Assembly: GCA_022646745.1 (NCBI GenBank)
Contig: CP060262.1
Span: 2,610,001 to 2,642,000 of the forward strand
From: Planctomycetales bacterium
Lineage (GTDB): Bacteria > 4484-113 > JAFGCY01
Length of the DNA stretch: 32,000 bases
Direction: 5' to 3'
Under the pieces are notes generated by a model. It was not told the origin of the DNA. It made no database searches and was given only the letters and a program-made list of their open reading frames with translations. Of this stretch, positions 1 through 10,785 are shown one piece after another (within the stretch, counting starts at the first letter, position 1; every line of letters starts with the position of its first letter). Position numbers and translations under genes: made by a program.

Positions 1-49
1 ACAGTGCCATGACACACCTTGGCTGCAGCTGGATTGCGGAGCTGTCGAT

Positions 50-1243
50 ATGAATAGAACGGTGTCATACATAAGACAGCCTGATTTCCGCGTACCACTT
101 GCAAAGGTGACGCCCGGCATGACACTCGGACGTAACCTCGAGATGAATGGCAGGTTGCTGCTGCGCCATGGAGCAGTGCTTGACCCTGAGCGGATCGGCA
201 AGCTCGGCAAGTTCGGTGTTGATTATGTGCACGTGGTCTTCGGCGATGAGGACCTGGACATCTACAAGGGCCTGCTGTGCTGCCAGGACAAGCCACCGGA
301 TTACCACCACCTGCAATGCACCATCCGCGACACTTTCCTTGAGCTGGTGCCTGCCTGGGCGCGTCCCGCCAACTGTGCACGGGATGAGAAGGTGATCAAG
401 CTCGTCAACACGACGATCGAGCACACCTTCGAAGTGATCTTCAGTTCGCGGCGCCTGTTCGAGCTCCTTCGCCTGTCCCGCATGTTCCAGCTGGAGCCAC
501 TCAAGCATTGCCCCGTGACCTGGATGTACTCCCTGTGCGTCGGTGCCGGACTGGGTTACAGCCTGCCGACACTGCTCGACCTCAGCCTGTCAGCCCTGTT
601 CTACGACATCGGGATGCTGAAGGTGCCGCAGGACATCCTCTCAAAGCCGGGTCGCCTGACCGAGCTCGAGTTCGCAGAGATCAAGAAGCATGTCTACTTC
701 GGGCGGCGCCTGCTGGAGGCAGTCAGCGACTTCGGCTTCAGCATGCCGCTGGTCTCCTTCGAGCACCATGAGCATTACTACGGTGGCGGTTACCCGAAGA
801 ACAAGCGCGGTGACTCGATCCATGAGTTCTCGCAGATCGTCGGACTGACAGACAAGTTCGCCGCCCTGATGACAACGCGCTTCCACCGCGACCGCTTCCA
901 GCCCTACCAGGCCTATGAAATGCTGCTGGCCCAGACCAAGACTGCAGTCAGCCCGCGGATCTTCGTGGCCTTCCTCAAGCATGTGCTGCTCTATCCGCGA
1001 GGCTCACGGTTCAGGTTGTCCACAGGTGAGATTGCGGTCCCGCTCGATGTGCCGATCAAGGCCCCGACCAGGCCGCGGGTGCTGATCACCCACAGTGCCA
1101 ACGGCCATGAGCTGCTCGGCCTGCAGCGCGAGCACAACCTGGCGGCGGATCCGGACCTGCGGATTGAGTCCTTTGCGATCATGGACCAGTATCCGTCCAA
1201 CATCTCACCTGAGGACATTGAAACGCTGTCGCTGCTAGACTAG
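50..1243 (+). CDS. HD-GYP domain protein (c-di-GMP phosphodiesterase family layout); the HD dyad reads YD
   Basis: 397-aa ORF with an ATG start and GC3-rich codons in this frame. The motif order is LKHCP ... FYDIGMLKVPQDILSKPGRLT ... HHEHYYGGGYP ... DKFAAL. This follows the HD-GYP pattern (H ... HDIGK ... HHE..GxGYP ... DxxDAL) except for H->Y and K->M in the HDIGK box. The N-terminal 60 aa resemble the region usually found upstream of HD-GYP domains. Confidence 0.8.
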   Translation: MNRTVSYIRQPDFRVPLAKVTPGMTLGRNLEMNGRLLLRHGAVLDPERIGKLGKFGVDYVHVVFGDEDLDIYKGLLCCQDKPPDYHHLQCTIRDTFLELVPAWARPANCARDEKVIKLVNTTIEHTFEVIFSSRRLFELLRLSRMFQLEPLKHCPVTWMYSLCVGAGLGYSLPTLLDLSLSALFYDIGMLKVPQDILSKPGRLTELEFAEIKKHVYFGRRLLEAVSDFGFSMPLVSFEHHEHYYGGGYPKNKRGDSIHEFSQIVGLTDKFAALMTTRFHRDRFQPYQAYEMLLAQTKTAVSPRIFVAFLKHVLLYPRGSRFRLSTGEIAVPLDVPIKAPTRPRVLITHSANGHELLGLQREHNLAADPDLRIESFAIMDQYPSNISPEDIETLSLLD

Positions 1244-1305
1244 TGCGGCATGCAGGCAGGTCCTGACCAACTGGTTACCTACAAATCTGCGGGGGACAAC
1301 ACCCA

Positions 1306-2364
1306 GTGAGCAAGCGTCGGCGCAACAACGGGCCGGTGATCGTGCATATCACCGGGCTGGAGCAACCCAAGAGCCCGAGACGCGGCTCAGGCCGCCTGTT
1401 CAGTGATGAGATTTCCTATTCCCTGTCCGCCCCCTTCGTGAATGACAATGATGCCCGCATCCTGCGCGAGCTGGTCTACTGGAACACCGGCAGCAGCAAG
1501 CGCCGGGTGCAGAGCCGGCTGATCCGCGGCAAGCAGGCCCGTTACGGGATCATCGCGGATCCGCGCGACCTGAGCCCGAACCTGCTGGAGCGGATGATGA
1601 TGCCTGGTGCGGACCGGGGCTTCGTCTCCGCCTGCAACATGCTGCTGCAGGGCAAGCCGCGCAAGGCCTTCGATGAACTCGTGCAACTGAAGAAGAATGC
1701 CGATGCTGAATTCCTGGCGGGCATGCTGGCACTCAAGCTGAACATGGAGGCACGTGCCGCCGAACTGCTCAGCCTGGCAATGGAACGCCCGGAGGACCTC
1801 GGTGACACATTTGCCCGGCATTCCGTGGCGGTGATGTTCGACCTGCCGATCACTCCGACGGCGATTGCGCATGTCGGCCCGACGCTGAATGGTGTCTACC
1901 TCGCGCTGGTGGAAGCCAAACAGCGCCTCAGGCACCACAACGACGCGATGTATGTGCTGCGCAAGCTGCAGCAGCGCCTGCCGCGTGACATAGTGGTGCT
2001 GCTTTCTCTCTGCGAGTACCTGCTGGATAACGATGCTTCGGATGCCGTGGCCTGCAACGAGATAGTTACCCTGACGGAATGGGTTGACAACGATACATAC
2101 ATTCATGCAGGCGTGATGCTGATGCGGGCGCGGGCCCTGCGCCGGATCGGTGAACTGGACGGTGCCAAGGACGTGCTGACTGCAGCGCTGCGCAAGACGG
2201 TGGACCGCACGGCCGGCATCCTGATTGCACTGAGGCTGGAGCGCTTCGAGCTGTTCATGGAGATGGACCTTGGCAGCCGGGCGGCGGATGACCTGCGCAA
2301 GCTGCGCGACCTGGATCCGGTACTGGCAACGCGTCTTGAGAAGAAGTATCAAGTGGGCTACTGA
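1306..2364 (+). CDS. hypothetical protein, largely alpha-helical (TPR-like)
   Basis: 352-aa ORF with a GTG start preceded by GGGGGA. Codon usage favours this frame over the antisense 1387..2427 ORF. I recognised no catalytic motif. Confidence 0.55.
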   Translation: MSKRRRNNGPVIVHITGLEQPKSPRRGSGRLFSDEISYSLSAPFVNDNDARILRELVYWNTGSSKRRVQSRLIRGKQARYGIIADPRDLSPNLLERMMMPGADRGFVSACNMLLQGKPRKAFDELVQLKKNADAEFLAGMLALKLNMEARAAELLSLAMERPEDLGDTFARHSVAVMFDLPITPTAIAHVGPTLNGVYLALVEAKQRLRHHNDAMYVLRKLQQRLPRDIVVLLSLCEYLLDNDASDAVACNEIVTLTEWVDNDTYIHAGVMLMRARALRRIGELDGAKDVLTAALRKTVDRTAGILIALRLERFELFMEMDLGSRAADDLRKLRDLDPVLATRLEKKYQVGY

Positions 2365-2457
2365 CACCCCATGCCGCCTGCGCGGAAGTGTGCATCCGAC
2401 AGCCATGATGCGCAGAAAGGGATACAATAAAGGGACTTCCTCAGGAGGAGAGAATCC

Positions 2458-4470
<2,013 letters not shown>

Positions 4471-4479
4471 GCCGGCAGG

Positions 4480-5532
4480 ATGACTGAATCAGGACGTTTG
4501 GGAACAGTCCCGCTTTCGGCGAGGCTGTTCCCGTTCATTGCACTGCTGCTGCTTGGCTTCTGCCTGGCGATCATCCTGATGCTGGATAGCATGCCTGATC
4601 CTCAGCTGCTGGCGAGTGCAGTGGCTGTTGACATCACCTTGACGCTCAGCCTGGCCTGGTTCCTGATGGTGGCCCGGCCGATGCGCCTGCCCCTTGTCAA
4701 CACACTTGTATTCTTCGTTGCCACAGTGCTTGTGGCGGAATCCCTGTTGCCGGCAGAGGGCCGGGGAGTGCTGGGCTGGATCTCATTGCTGGCAGTACCG
4801 GCGGAGCTGGCCCTCGTTTGGGCGGCGCTCAATTCTGTACGCGGGTTCCTTAAGGCCTTGAGATCGGGAAGGGAAGGGGATGCCAGGCGTCTCGATATGC
4901 TGATGGCATTCCATCAAAGCATGGAAGCGGTGGCAGGTCGCAGTGTGGTCTCCCGCATCCTCGCCAGTGAACTGGCAATGCTGTATTACGCATTCTCGCC
5001 CACCCTGAAGGATGAGGATCTCGTGCTTGGGGATGGGCGGTTCAGCTACAACCGGCTCAATGACTACCAGAGCCTGGTACTGAGCATTTCGATCCTGATG
5101 CTGTTTGAAATGGTGGGCGTGCACCTGCTCGTGCACCACTTCTGGGGAGCCTGGCCAGCCTGGATCATCACCGGACTGAGCTTCTACGGCTTCCTCTGGC
5201 TGCGGGCGGACAGCGTTGCCAGCATCCGCCGGCCGATTGAAGTGCGCGAGGAAGGACTGCTGCTACGTTGTGGCCTGCGCTGGACGGTCGAAGTCCCCTG
5301 GCAGCAGATTGCAGGGATAGAGTTCTTCGATCCGGAGCAGGCTGAACTACCTGCAGGGACACTGCGGATGCTGCTCAATGGAAAGGGCAACTGCCTGCTC
5401 AGGCTGGGCGACGCGGTGAATGTGGAGGGCAGTTACGGCATCCGGCGCCGGGCAAGTGTGCTCTACCTGTCAGTTGATGAGCTGCCCGCATTCTCCGAAT
5501 CCCTCAGCCGTGCCTGTGCAGAGCAGGCTTGA
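4480..5532 (+). CDS. integral membrane protein of unknown function (possible C-terminal bacterial PH-like domain)
   Basis: 350 aa, starting 9 nt after the acs stop. It has several hydrophobic helices at the N-terminus. A further helix pair (SISILMLFEMVGVHLLV / WIITGLSFYGFLWL) is followed by a soluble segment, as in YdbS/YdbT-type proteins. The function call is weak. Confidence 0.55.
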   Translation: MTESGRLGTVPLSARLFPFIALLLLGFCLAIILMLDSMPDPQLLASAVAVDITLTLSLAWFLMVARPMRLPLVNTLVFFVATVLVAESLLPAEGRGVLGWISLLAVPAELALVWAALNSVRGFLKALRSGREGDARRLDMLMAFHQSMEAVAGRSVVSRILASELAMLYYAFSPTLKDEDLVLGDGRFSYNRLNDYQSLVLSISILMLFEMVGVHLLVHHFWGAWPAWIITGLSFYGFLWLRADSVASIRRPIEVREEGLLLRCGLRWTVEVPWQQIAGIEFFDPEQAELPAGTLRMLLNGKGNCLLRLGDAVNVEGSYGIRRRASVLYLSVDELPAFSESLSRACAEQA

Positions 5533-5600
5533 TGCAGGATCGCCGCTGCTAGAATAGCCCCATTCCACCACGCCTGGCGTGGACTGTGACGGAGCAAAAC

Positions 5601-7625
5601 ATGGCAGCCAAGACCCGGCCAATCGGCAAGCAGGACCTCTACAAACTCAGGCAGCTCTACGAATGCCGCCTGTCACCCGATGGCAGCACGCTGGTCAGCA
5701 GCGTCGATTCCATTGATGCGAAGACCAACAAGAAGTACCGGCACCTGTTTGTGCGCCCCAGTGGCAACGGCAGCCTGAAGCAGTTCACCCGCGGTGATCA
5801 GAATGACTATAACCCGCAGTTCTCACCGGATGGCAAGCTGATTGCATTCCTCTCCAGCCGCAAGGGCCGTCCCGGCCTGTGGCTGATCCCGGTGGACGGC
5901 GGTGAAGCCTGGCAGCTGACGGAGCTCAAGGGCAGCATCGGCTCATTTGAATGGTCGCCGGATTCGAAGCAGATCCTGTTCAGCTTCAGCCCGACAGACC
6001 AGGAGCAGATCGAACTGGAGGAGAAGGCCGGCCCGGGTGGCAGGCCCGGCGCGCCGAAGTTCCGCCACATCACGAACTTCTTCTACCGGCTGGACGGCGC
6101 TGGCTGGCTGCCCAAGGGCAAGACCGAGATCCACGTGGTGACCGTTGCCAGCGGCAGCACCAGGAAAATCTTCTCAGACGAGTACCACAACCTGAATCCG
6201 AGCTGGAGCCCGGATGGCCAGCACATCGTGTTCTCCTCGAACAAGAGTGCCAACCCCGAGATCGAGACGGACCGCTCGGACATCTGGGTGCTGCGCGCCG
6301 ACGGCAAGGGCAAGCTGCGCCGCATCGAGACCTACAGCGGCCCCGCTGACAACCCGAGTGTCAGCCCCGACGGCAAGTGGATCGCATTCCGTGGCTGGCC
6401 GGACTGCAGCAAGTCCTGGAGCGAAGGCAACATCCGTATGTTCCTGGTGCCCTTCAAGGGCGGCAAGATCCGCGAACTGGGCGAGGGCCTGGACCGGCCG
6501 GTTGACAACCTGTCCATCAACGACACCTGGGGCCTGATGGGTTCGCGCAAGCCGCTGTGGTCTCCGGATGGCACTGCGATCTACAACGTGGTGACCACCG
6601 ATGCCAACACGGAGGTCTACCGCTTCGACATTGCCGACGGAACGGCCGCCCCGGTGTTCAGTGAGCCCGGTGTCGTGCTGGACTTCGACATCGACTTCAG
6701 CCGGGGCAAGCTCTATGCCGCCTTCAGTGAGATCGTCAACCCCGGGGACCTGATCAGTGCCAACCTCGGCGGTGGCAACATGAAGAGCCTGAGCAGCGTG
6801 AACTCCGCCTGGCTGAACCGCCGCGACATCGGCGAGATTACCGAGATGTGGGTCAAGGGCCGCGATGGCAACAGGGTGCATGGCTGGGTGCTGACCCCGC
6901 CGGACTACGACGGCCGCAAGAAGTATCCGGCGATCCTCTACATCCACGGTGGTCCGCATGTGGCCTTCGGGCGCAGCATCATGCATGAGTTCCATTACCT
7001 CAGCGGCCTTGGCTACGTGGTGTTCTTCTGCAACCCGCGCGGCAGCCATGGCTACGGTGAGGCGCATGTCAGTGCGATCTCGCGTGCCTGGGGTGACAAC
7101 GACTACAGCGACTGCATGAAGTTCACCGATGCCGTGCTCCGCAAGTTCACCAACATCGACAAGGAACGTGTCGGAGTGACCGGCGGCAGTTACGGCGGCT
7201 ACATGACCAACTGGATCATCGGCCATACCAAGCGATTCAAGGCCGCCGTGACCCAGCGTTGTGTTTCCAACTTCCTCAGCTTCCACGGCTCCAGCGATGT
7301 CGGCTTCCTGTTCCACCATGTGTTCGGTAAGGATGCCAAGACACCCTGGGAGGACAAGGAGCGCTTCCTGGCGATGAGCCCGATGACCTACATCCCGAAG
7401 GCGACAACACCGACGCTTGTGGTCCACAGCGAAAACGACCTGCGCTGCCCGATCGAGCAGGGTGAGCAGGTATATGTGCAGCTCAAGCTGCAGGGTGTGG
7501 AAACTGAGTTCGTGCGCTTCCCCGAGGAAAGCCATGGGCTGAGCCGCGGTGGACGCACGGATCGTCGTATAGAGCGCCTGGAGCGCATCAGCGGCTGGTT
7601 CGACCGTTACCTGAAGAAGGCCTGA
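5601..7625 (+). CDS. S9 family serine peptidase (prolyl oligopeptidase / acylaminoacyl-peptidase type) with an N-terminal beta-propeller
   Basis: The nucleophile elbow is GGSYGGYM, followed by ENDLRCP (Asp) and EESHGL (His). The propeller half has recurring [FWV]SPDG[KSQT] blades. I prefer the ATG at 5601 (GGAG 6 nt upstream) over the GTG at 5586 given in the ORF track. Confidence 0.9.
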   Translation: MAAKTRPIGKQDLYKLRQLYECRLSPDGSTLVSSVDSIDAKTNKKYRHLFVRPSGNGSLKQFTRGDQNDYNPQFSPDGKLIAFLSSRKGRPGLWLIPVDGGEAWQLTELKGSIGSFEWSPDSKQILFSFSPTDQEQIELEEKAGPGGRPGAPKFRHITNFFYRLDGAGWLPKGKTEIHVVTVASGSTRKIFSDEYHNLNPSWSPDGQHIVFSSNKSANPEIETDRSDIWVLRADGKGKLRRIETYSGPADNPSVSPDGKWIAFRGWPDCSKSWSEGNIRMFLVPFKGGKIRELGEGLDRPVDNLSINDTWGLMGSRKPLWSPDGTAIYNVVTTDANTEVYRFDIADGTAAPVFSEPGVVLDFDIDFSRGKLYAAFSEIVNPGDLISANLGGGNMKSLSSVNSAWLNRRDIGEITEMWVKGRDGNRVHGWVLTPPDYDGRKKYPAILYIHGGPHVAFGRSIMHEFHYLSGLGYVVFFCNPRGSHGYGEAHVSAISRAWGDNDYSDCMKFTDAVLRKFTNIDKERVGVTGGSYGGYMTNWIIGHTKRFKAAVTQRCVSNFLSFHGSSDVGFLFHHVFGKDAKTPWEDKERFLAMSPMTYIPKATTPTLVVHSENDLRCPIEQGEQVYVQLKLQGVETEFVRFPEESHGLSRGGRTDRRIERLERISGWFDRYLKKA

Positions 7626-7660
7626 CCTTGGATCAGATACACGGGAGGTATGATTCGCCC

Positions 7661-8032
7661 ATGAGCGATCTGCCTCCCGTGATTGATCCCCTTGAAAAGC
7701 AGCAGTACCTGCAGGGCGACTGGTATCCGGCCCTGCTTGGACAGGTGAATGACACTGCAATCAAGCTGGCGCGTATCCACGGGGAGTTTGTCTGGCATTC
7801 GCACGCCGAGGAGGATGAGCTGTTCCTCGTCGTCAAGGGGCGGATGCGACTGGAGTTCCGCAATGGGGTACGGGAGCTGGAGGCGGGACAGATGATCATC
7901 GTGCCGCGTGGCCTGGAGCACCGTCCGGTGTCTGAAGAGGAGTGCCTGATCCTGCTGGTTGAGCCTGTCAGCACCGTGAACACAGGTGACGCTGAAAGCG
8001 ATATGCGGCGGGAGCAGTTGCCAGAGCTGTGA
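7661..8032 (+). CDS. cupin domain protein
   Basis: A small beta-barrel pattern: FVWHSHAEEDELFLVVKGRMRLEF ... GQMIIVPRGLEHRP, which reads as cupin motifs 1 and 2. The ATG at 7661 lies downstream of GGGAGG. The ORF track's TTG at 7628 is an alternative start. Confidence 0.7.
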   Translation: MSDLPPVIDPLEKQQYLQGDWYPALLGQVNDTAIKLARIHGEFVWHSHAEEDELFLVVKGRMRLEFRNGVRELEAGQMIIVPRGLEHRPVSEEECLILLVEPVSTVNTGDAESDMRREQLPEL

Positions 8033-8096
8033 GTAAGTTACGAATTGAATACGTATGTAAAATCTAGATGAACTTTCTCAGGATTGGAAATGAGAA

Positions 8097-8125
8097 TTCA
8101 CCATCTACTTACATTTGTGTACAAT
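8097..8125 (+). promoter_or_regulatory. candidate sigma70-like promoter for the 8159 gene (TTCACC-17 nt-TACAAT)
   Basis: Hexamers at 8097-8102 and 8120-8125 have 17-nt spacing and sit in an AT-rich intergenic region about 35 nt upstream of the ATG. This is pattern matching only. Confidence 0.3.
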
Positions 8126-8158
8126 CGACTTGAATCTGCCCCCTGAATCAGGTGTGAA

Positions 8159-10687
8159 ATGACTAAAAATAGCAGGCTGCTCTCAGCTTTAATCATCCTT
8201 TTGATTGCAGGTGTAATCGGTTCCTGCGTGAATCGTGTCCCGGTACTTTCTACCCAGGAACAGCCAGCGACAGAGCAGCTTGATGAAACACAGTTTCCTG
8301 ATAATGCAGATCAAGAACCTCTGAGTCCTGTTGATAAGCTTGAGTTGCCCGGGATACCAGCTGGTCAGACTGAGCAGTCAAGCTCCAAGCGAAGCAGTGC
8401 CAGCACTATAACCCTTGATGGCAAAGCGCGGGTAAACGCTGCGGGCTCCAATAATCGTGTTTCAGGTAGCAGCTATGTGCTAGCAGCTGATGCTGAGCAG
8501 CAGACGGCCTGGGCCTGGTACACCCTTGGGGGTCTTTCGATTGACAGACCAGTGAACCTGAACGTCAACGTGGCTCCTGCAGCCATTTTACCCGGGGGCG
8601 AAGAACAGCCTGTTTCCTACTACGTCGGTGTAAGCAACTACAGCACTTACCGCTGGCAGTGGTTTGGTCCCTTCGATGCTTCAACGGAGATAGTGCTCAA
8701 TTCCGACGCTAACAGGGAGCGCTATGTCAGTGGAATCGACGTTCCACAGATGCATGCCGTGATCCTGAGCAGTTCCGAGGCCGGCACTGCCCTGCAGATT
8801 GATTCTCTGGAAGTGGAACTGAAGCAGGGATTTAAGTCGACAGGGTATCAAACTACACGTCCAATTAAGATGCAAGCACAAGCCAGCAATACATTGGGCG
8901 ACAAGTCTGCTTCTTCTCTATCAAAAGAACATTACATTACTCTCACGTGGAATTTTATTCCAGATCCTCTTGCACCGGAGAATGAAGCAACTACGGTAAG
9001 GGTAAATCGCCGGCTTGTCGGCGATTCAGTGTGGCAGCCGATAGGAGATGCTAAACTGGGACCAATTAGTGAGCAATATATTGATTTTGCGGATAATGCA
9101 CAGCCTTTTGAAGGCACAGCCGGGCGAACTTACGAATACTTCCTTGGCTTCTTTAATATTGGTGGTTATAATTCAAGCGGAATTATTAGTGAACAGATTC
9201 CCCTTCTACAGCCTCACAATCTTATCGCTACACCTAGTGGAAACCCACATCAGATAACACTAACTTGGGAAAAGTCATCCGACGCTACATCATACGAAAT
9301 TTTTCGTGATACTATTGGGCAACCTTACGCTGTAGTAGGTGATGTGGATTCATATGTGGATGAACAGTGCGGAAATATTCCGCACGAATACTGGGTGAAG
9401 TCCAAAAATGAGTGGAGCGAATCAGCTTTGGATATCTCTGCCATAGGAATTGCAGTTAATTTGAGCAACTATAACTTAAGTACGAACAATAGTTTGTGGC
9501 CACTCTCTTATAGGGTTCACCCTGATGGGAGTTTTGCAATCCTTGTGCAAAGTGATAATTACAGTATTTACAAATCGACCACAACAATACCAATAAGTGC
9601 TGAGGATTGGATTGAGATACCGATTATTCCTAATTCGCAAGGGGAAAACAGAATAGAACCTTTCAATTTTCAAATTGATGACAATGGAATATATCACATA
9701 TGTGCCGTAAAAACATACACAATGGTCCAGGAACCTCCATTGCCCAATCTTAACAAGTTCGAATTATATTATGGCAGATCAATCAACGACAATCCTCTAT
9801 CTGTCGAAGACTGGGAATTTACTGCGGTGGACATTAGTGATGAATTTGAGGAATCGTCGCTTAAAAACCAATTGTATCCAAGTATCACTTTTTGTTGTGG
9901 AGTTCCGCAAATCATGTATTATGAAATCACGCCAAGTTATGAAGCAGTTGATGTAGTTAGATATGCCATTTCTAATGTATATTATCCTCAAAATGAAGAA
10001 GATTGGTCTTTATTCGACTTGACGGAAGAATTTACCAGAGTTCGCCTCCCATTTAACATGGAGGATTTACTGGTTACTGCACTAGATAAGCCGGCTGCCG
10101 TAGTAACCGGATTAGATGCTAATGGTGATTGGAGATTTAGCTATCTGCGTGGTGCAAATCAGAATCCACAGGATCAGACAGAGTGGGAAATTGTGAAAGG
10201 TCCTGTAATGAAAGAAATTAACAATACATTTAGTATCGCAAACATTAATGGCAACGCTGTATGTTCAAGTGGGCAGGTGAGCTTACTGAATGAGAATCCT
10301 ACCGCGCTAATGGAGATAGCCATTGGATTCGACCAGATTAATAGCAGTTCCTGGTTTCACGAAGTGATCTATCCTGCACCAACTCAATCACCTTACGAGT
10401 TTTCACAATGGTTAAGTAAATGGACTGAATTGGATAATTATCAGATAACTAGTTTGATTACACGGACAAATGAGTTAACTCCAACATTCAGAAATAGATT
10501 AATCATCGGAAAGGACGTTACAACATCTGAATCTAGGTGGTGTCAGTCAAACGAGCTGCATACATCAGCTGTTAATGCTGCATTTTGTAAATCTATGACC
10601 CTTATAAACTCCGACGCTATATTAATAGTTACATATGAGTTTAACGATCCGATTCAGACATTAGTAAGTGTCATTGATCTCACTTGA
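8159..10687 (+). CDS. large predicted lipoprotein: shared N-terminal module, two Fn3-like domains, then a low-GC repeat-containing C-terminal half
   Basis: 842 aa with a signal peptide and lipobox (LIAGVIGS|C). Residues about 98-222 are homologous to the N-terminal module of the 19454 gene (YYVGVSNYSTYRWQW versus LYFGIANYATGRWEW). Fn3-like units are marked by ITLTWNF... and ITLTWEKSSDATSYEIFRD. The C-terminal part has foreign-looking AT-rich codon usage. Confidence 0.8.
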   Translation: MTKNSRLLSALIILLIAGVIGSCVNRVPVLSTQEQPATEQLDETQFPDNADQEPLSPVDKLELPGIPAGQTEQSSSKRSSASTITLDGKARVNAAGSNNRVSGSSYVLAADAEQQTAWAWYTLGGLSIDRPVNLNVNVAPAAILPGGEEQPVSYYVGVSNYSTYRWQWFGPFDASTEIVLNSDANRERYVSGIDVPQMHAVILSSSEAGTALQIDSLEVELKQGFKSTGYQTTRPIKMQAQASNTLGDKSASSLSKEHYITLTWNFIPDPLAPENEATTVRVNRRLVGDSVWQPIGDAKLGPISEQYIDFADNAQPFEGTAGRTYEYFLGFFNIGGYNSSGIISEQIPLLQPHNLIATPSGNPHQITLTWEKSSDATSYEIFRDTIGQPYAVVGDVDSYVDEQCGNIPHEYWVKSKNEWSESALDISAIGIAVNLSNYNLSTNNSLWPLSYRVHPDGSFAILVQSDNYSIYKSTTTIPISAEDWIEIPIIPNSQGENRIEPFNFQIDDNGIYHICAVKTYTMVQEPPLPNLNKFELYYGRSINDNPLSVEDWEFTAVDISDEFEESSLKNQLYPSITFCCGVPQIMYYEITPSYEAVDVVRYAISNVYYPQNEEDWSLFDLTEEFTRVRLPFNMEDLLVTALDKPAAVVTGLDANGDWRFSYLRGANQNPQDQTEWEIVKGPVMKEINNTFSIANINGNAVCSSGQVSLLNENPTALMEIAIGFDQINSSSWFHEVIYPAPTQSPYEFSQWLSKWTELDNYQITSLITRTNELTPTFRNRLIIGKDVTTSESRWCQSNELHTSAVNAAFCKSMTLINSDAILIVTYEFNDPIQTLVSVIDLT

Positions 10688-10756
10688 TTTAATGGAAATT
10701 ATCAATAATATAATTAGAATATTAAAATACAAATAAAATTTTCTAAAAGTAGTACT

Positions 10757-10785
10757 TTGCATTAGACCGCGATTCGTTGTACATT
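10757..10785 (+). promoter_or_regulatory. candidate sigma70-like promoter (TTGCAT-17 nt-TACATT) ahead of the cohesin-like/M6 operon
   Basis: Hexamers at 10757-10762 and 10780-10785 have 17-nt spacing and sit at the end of a very AT-rich spacer. This promoter would give a leader of about 160 nt containing two hairpins. Confidence 0.3.
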
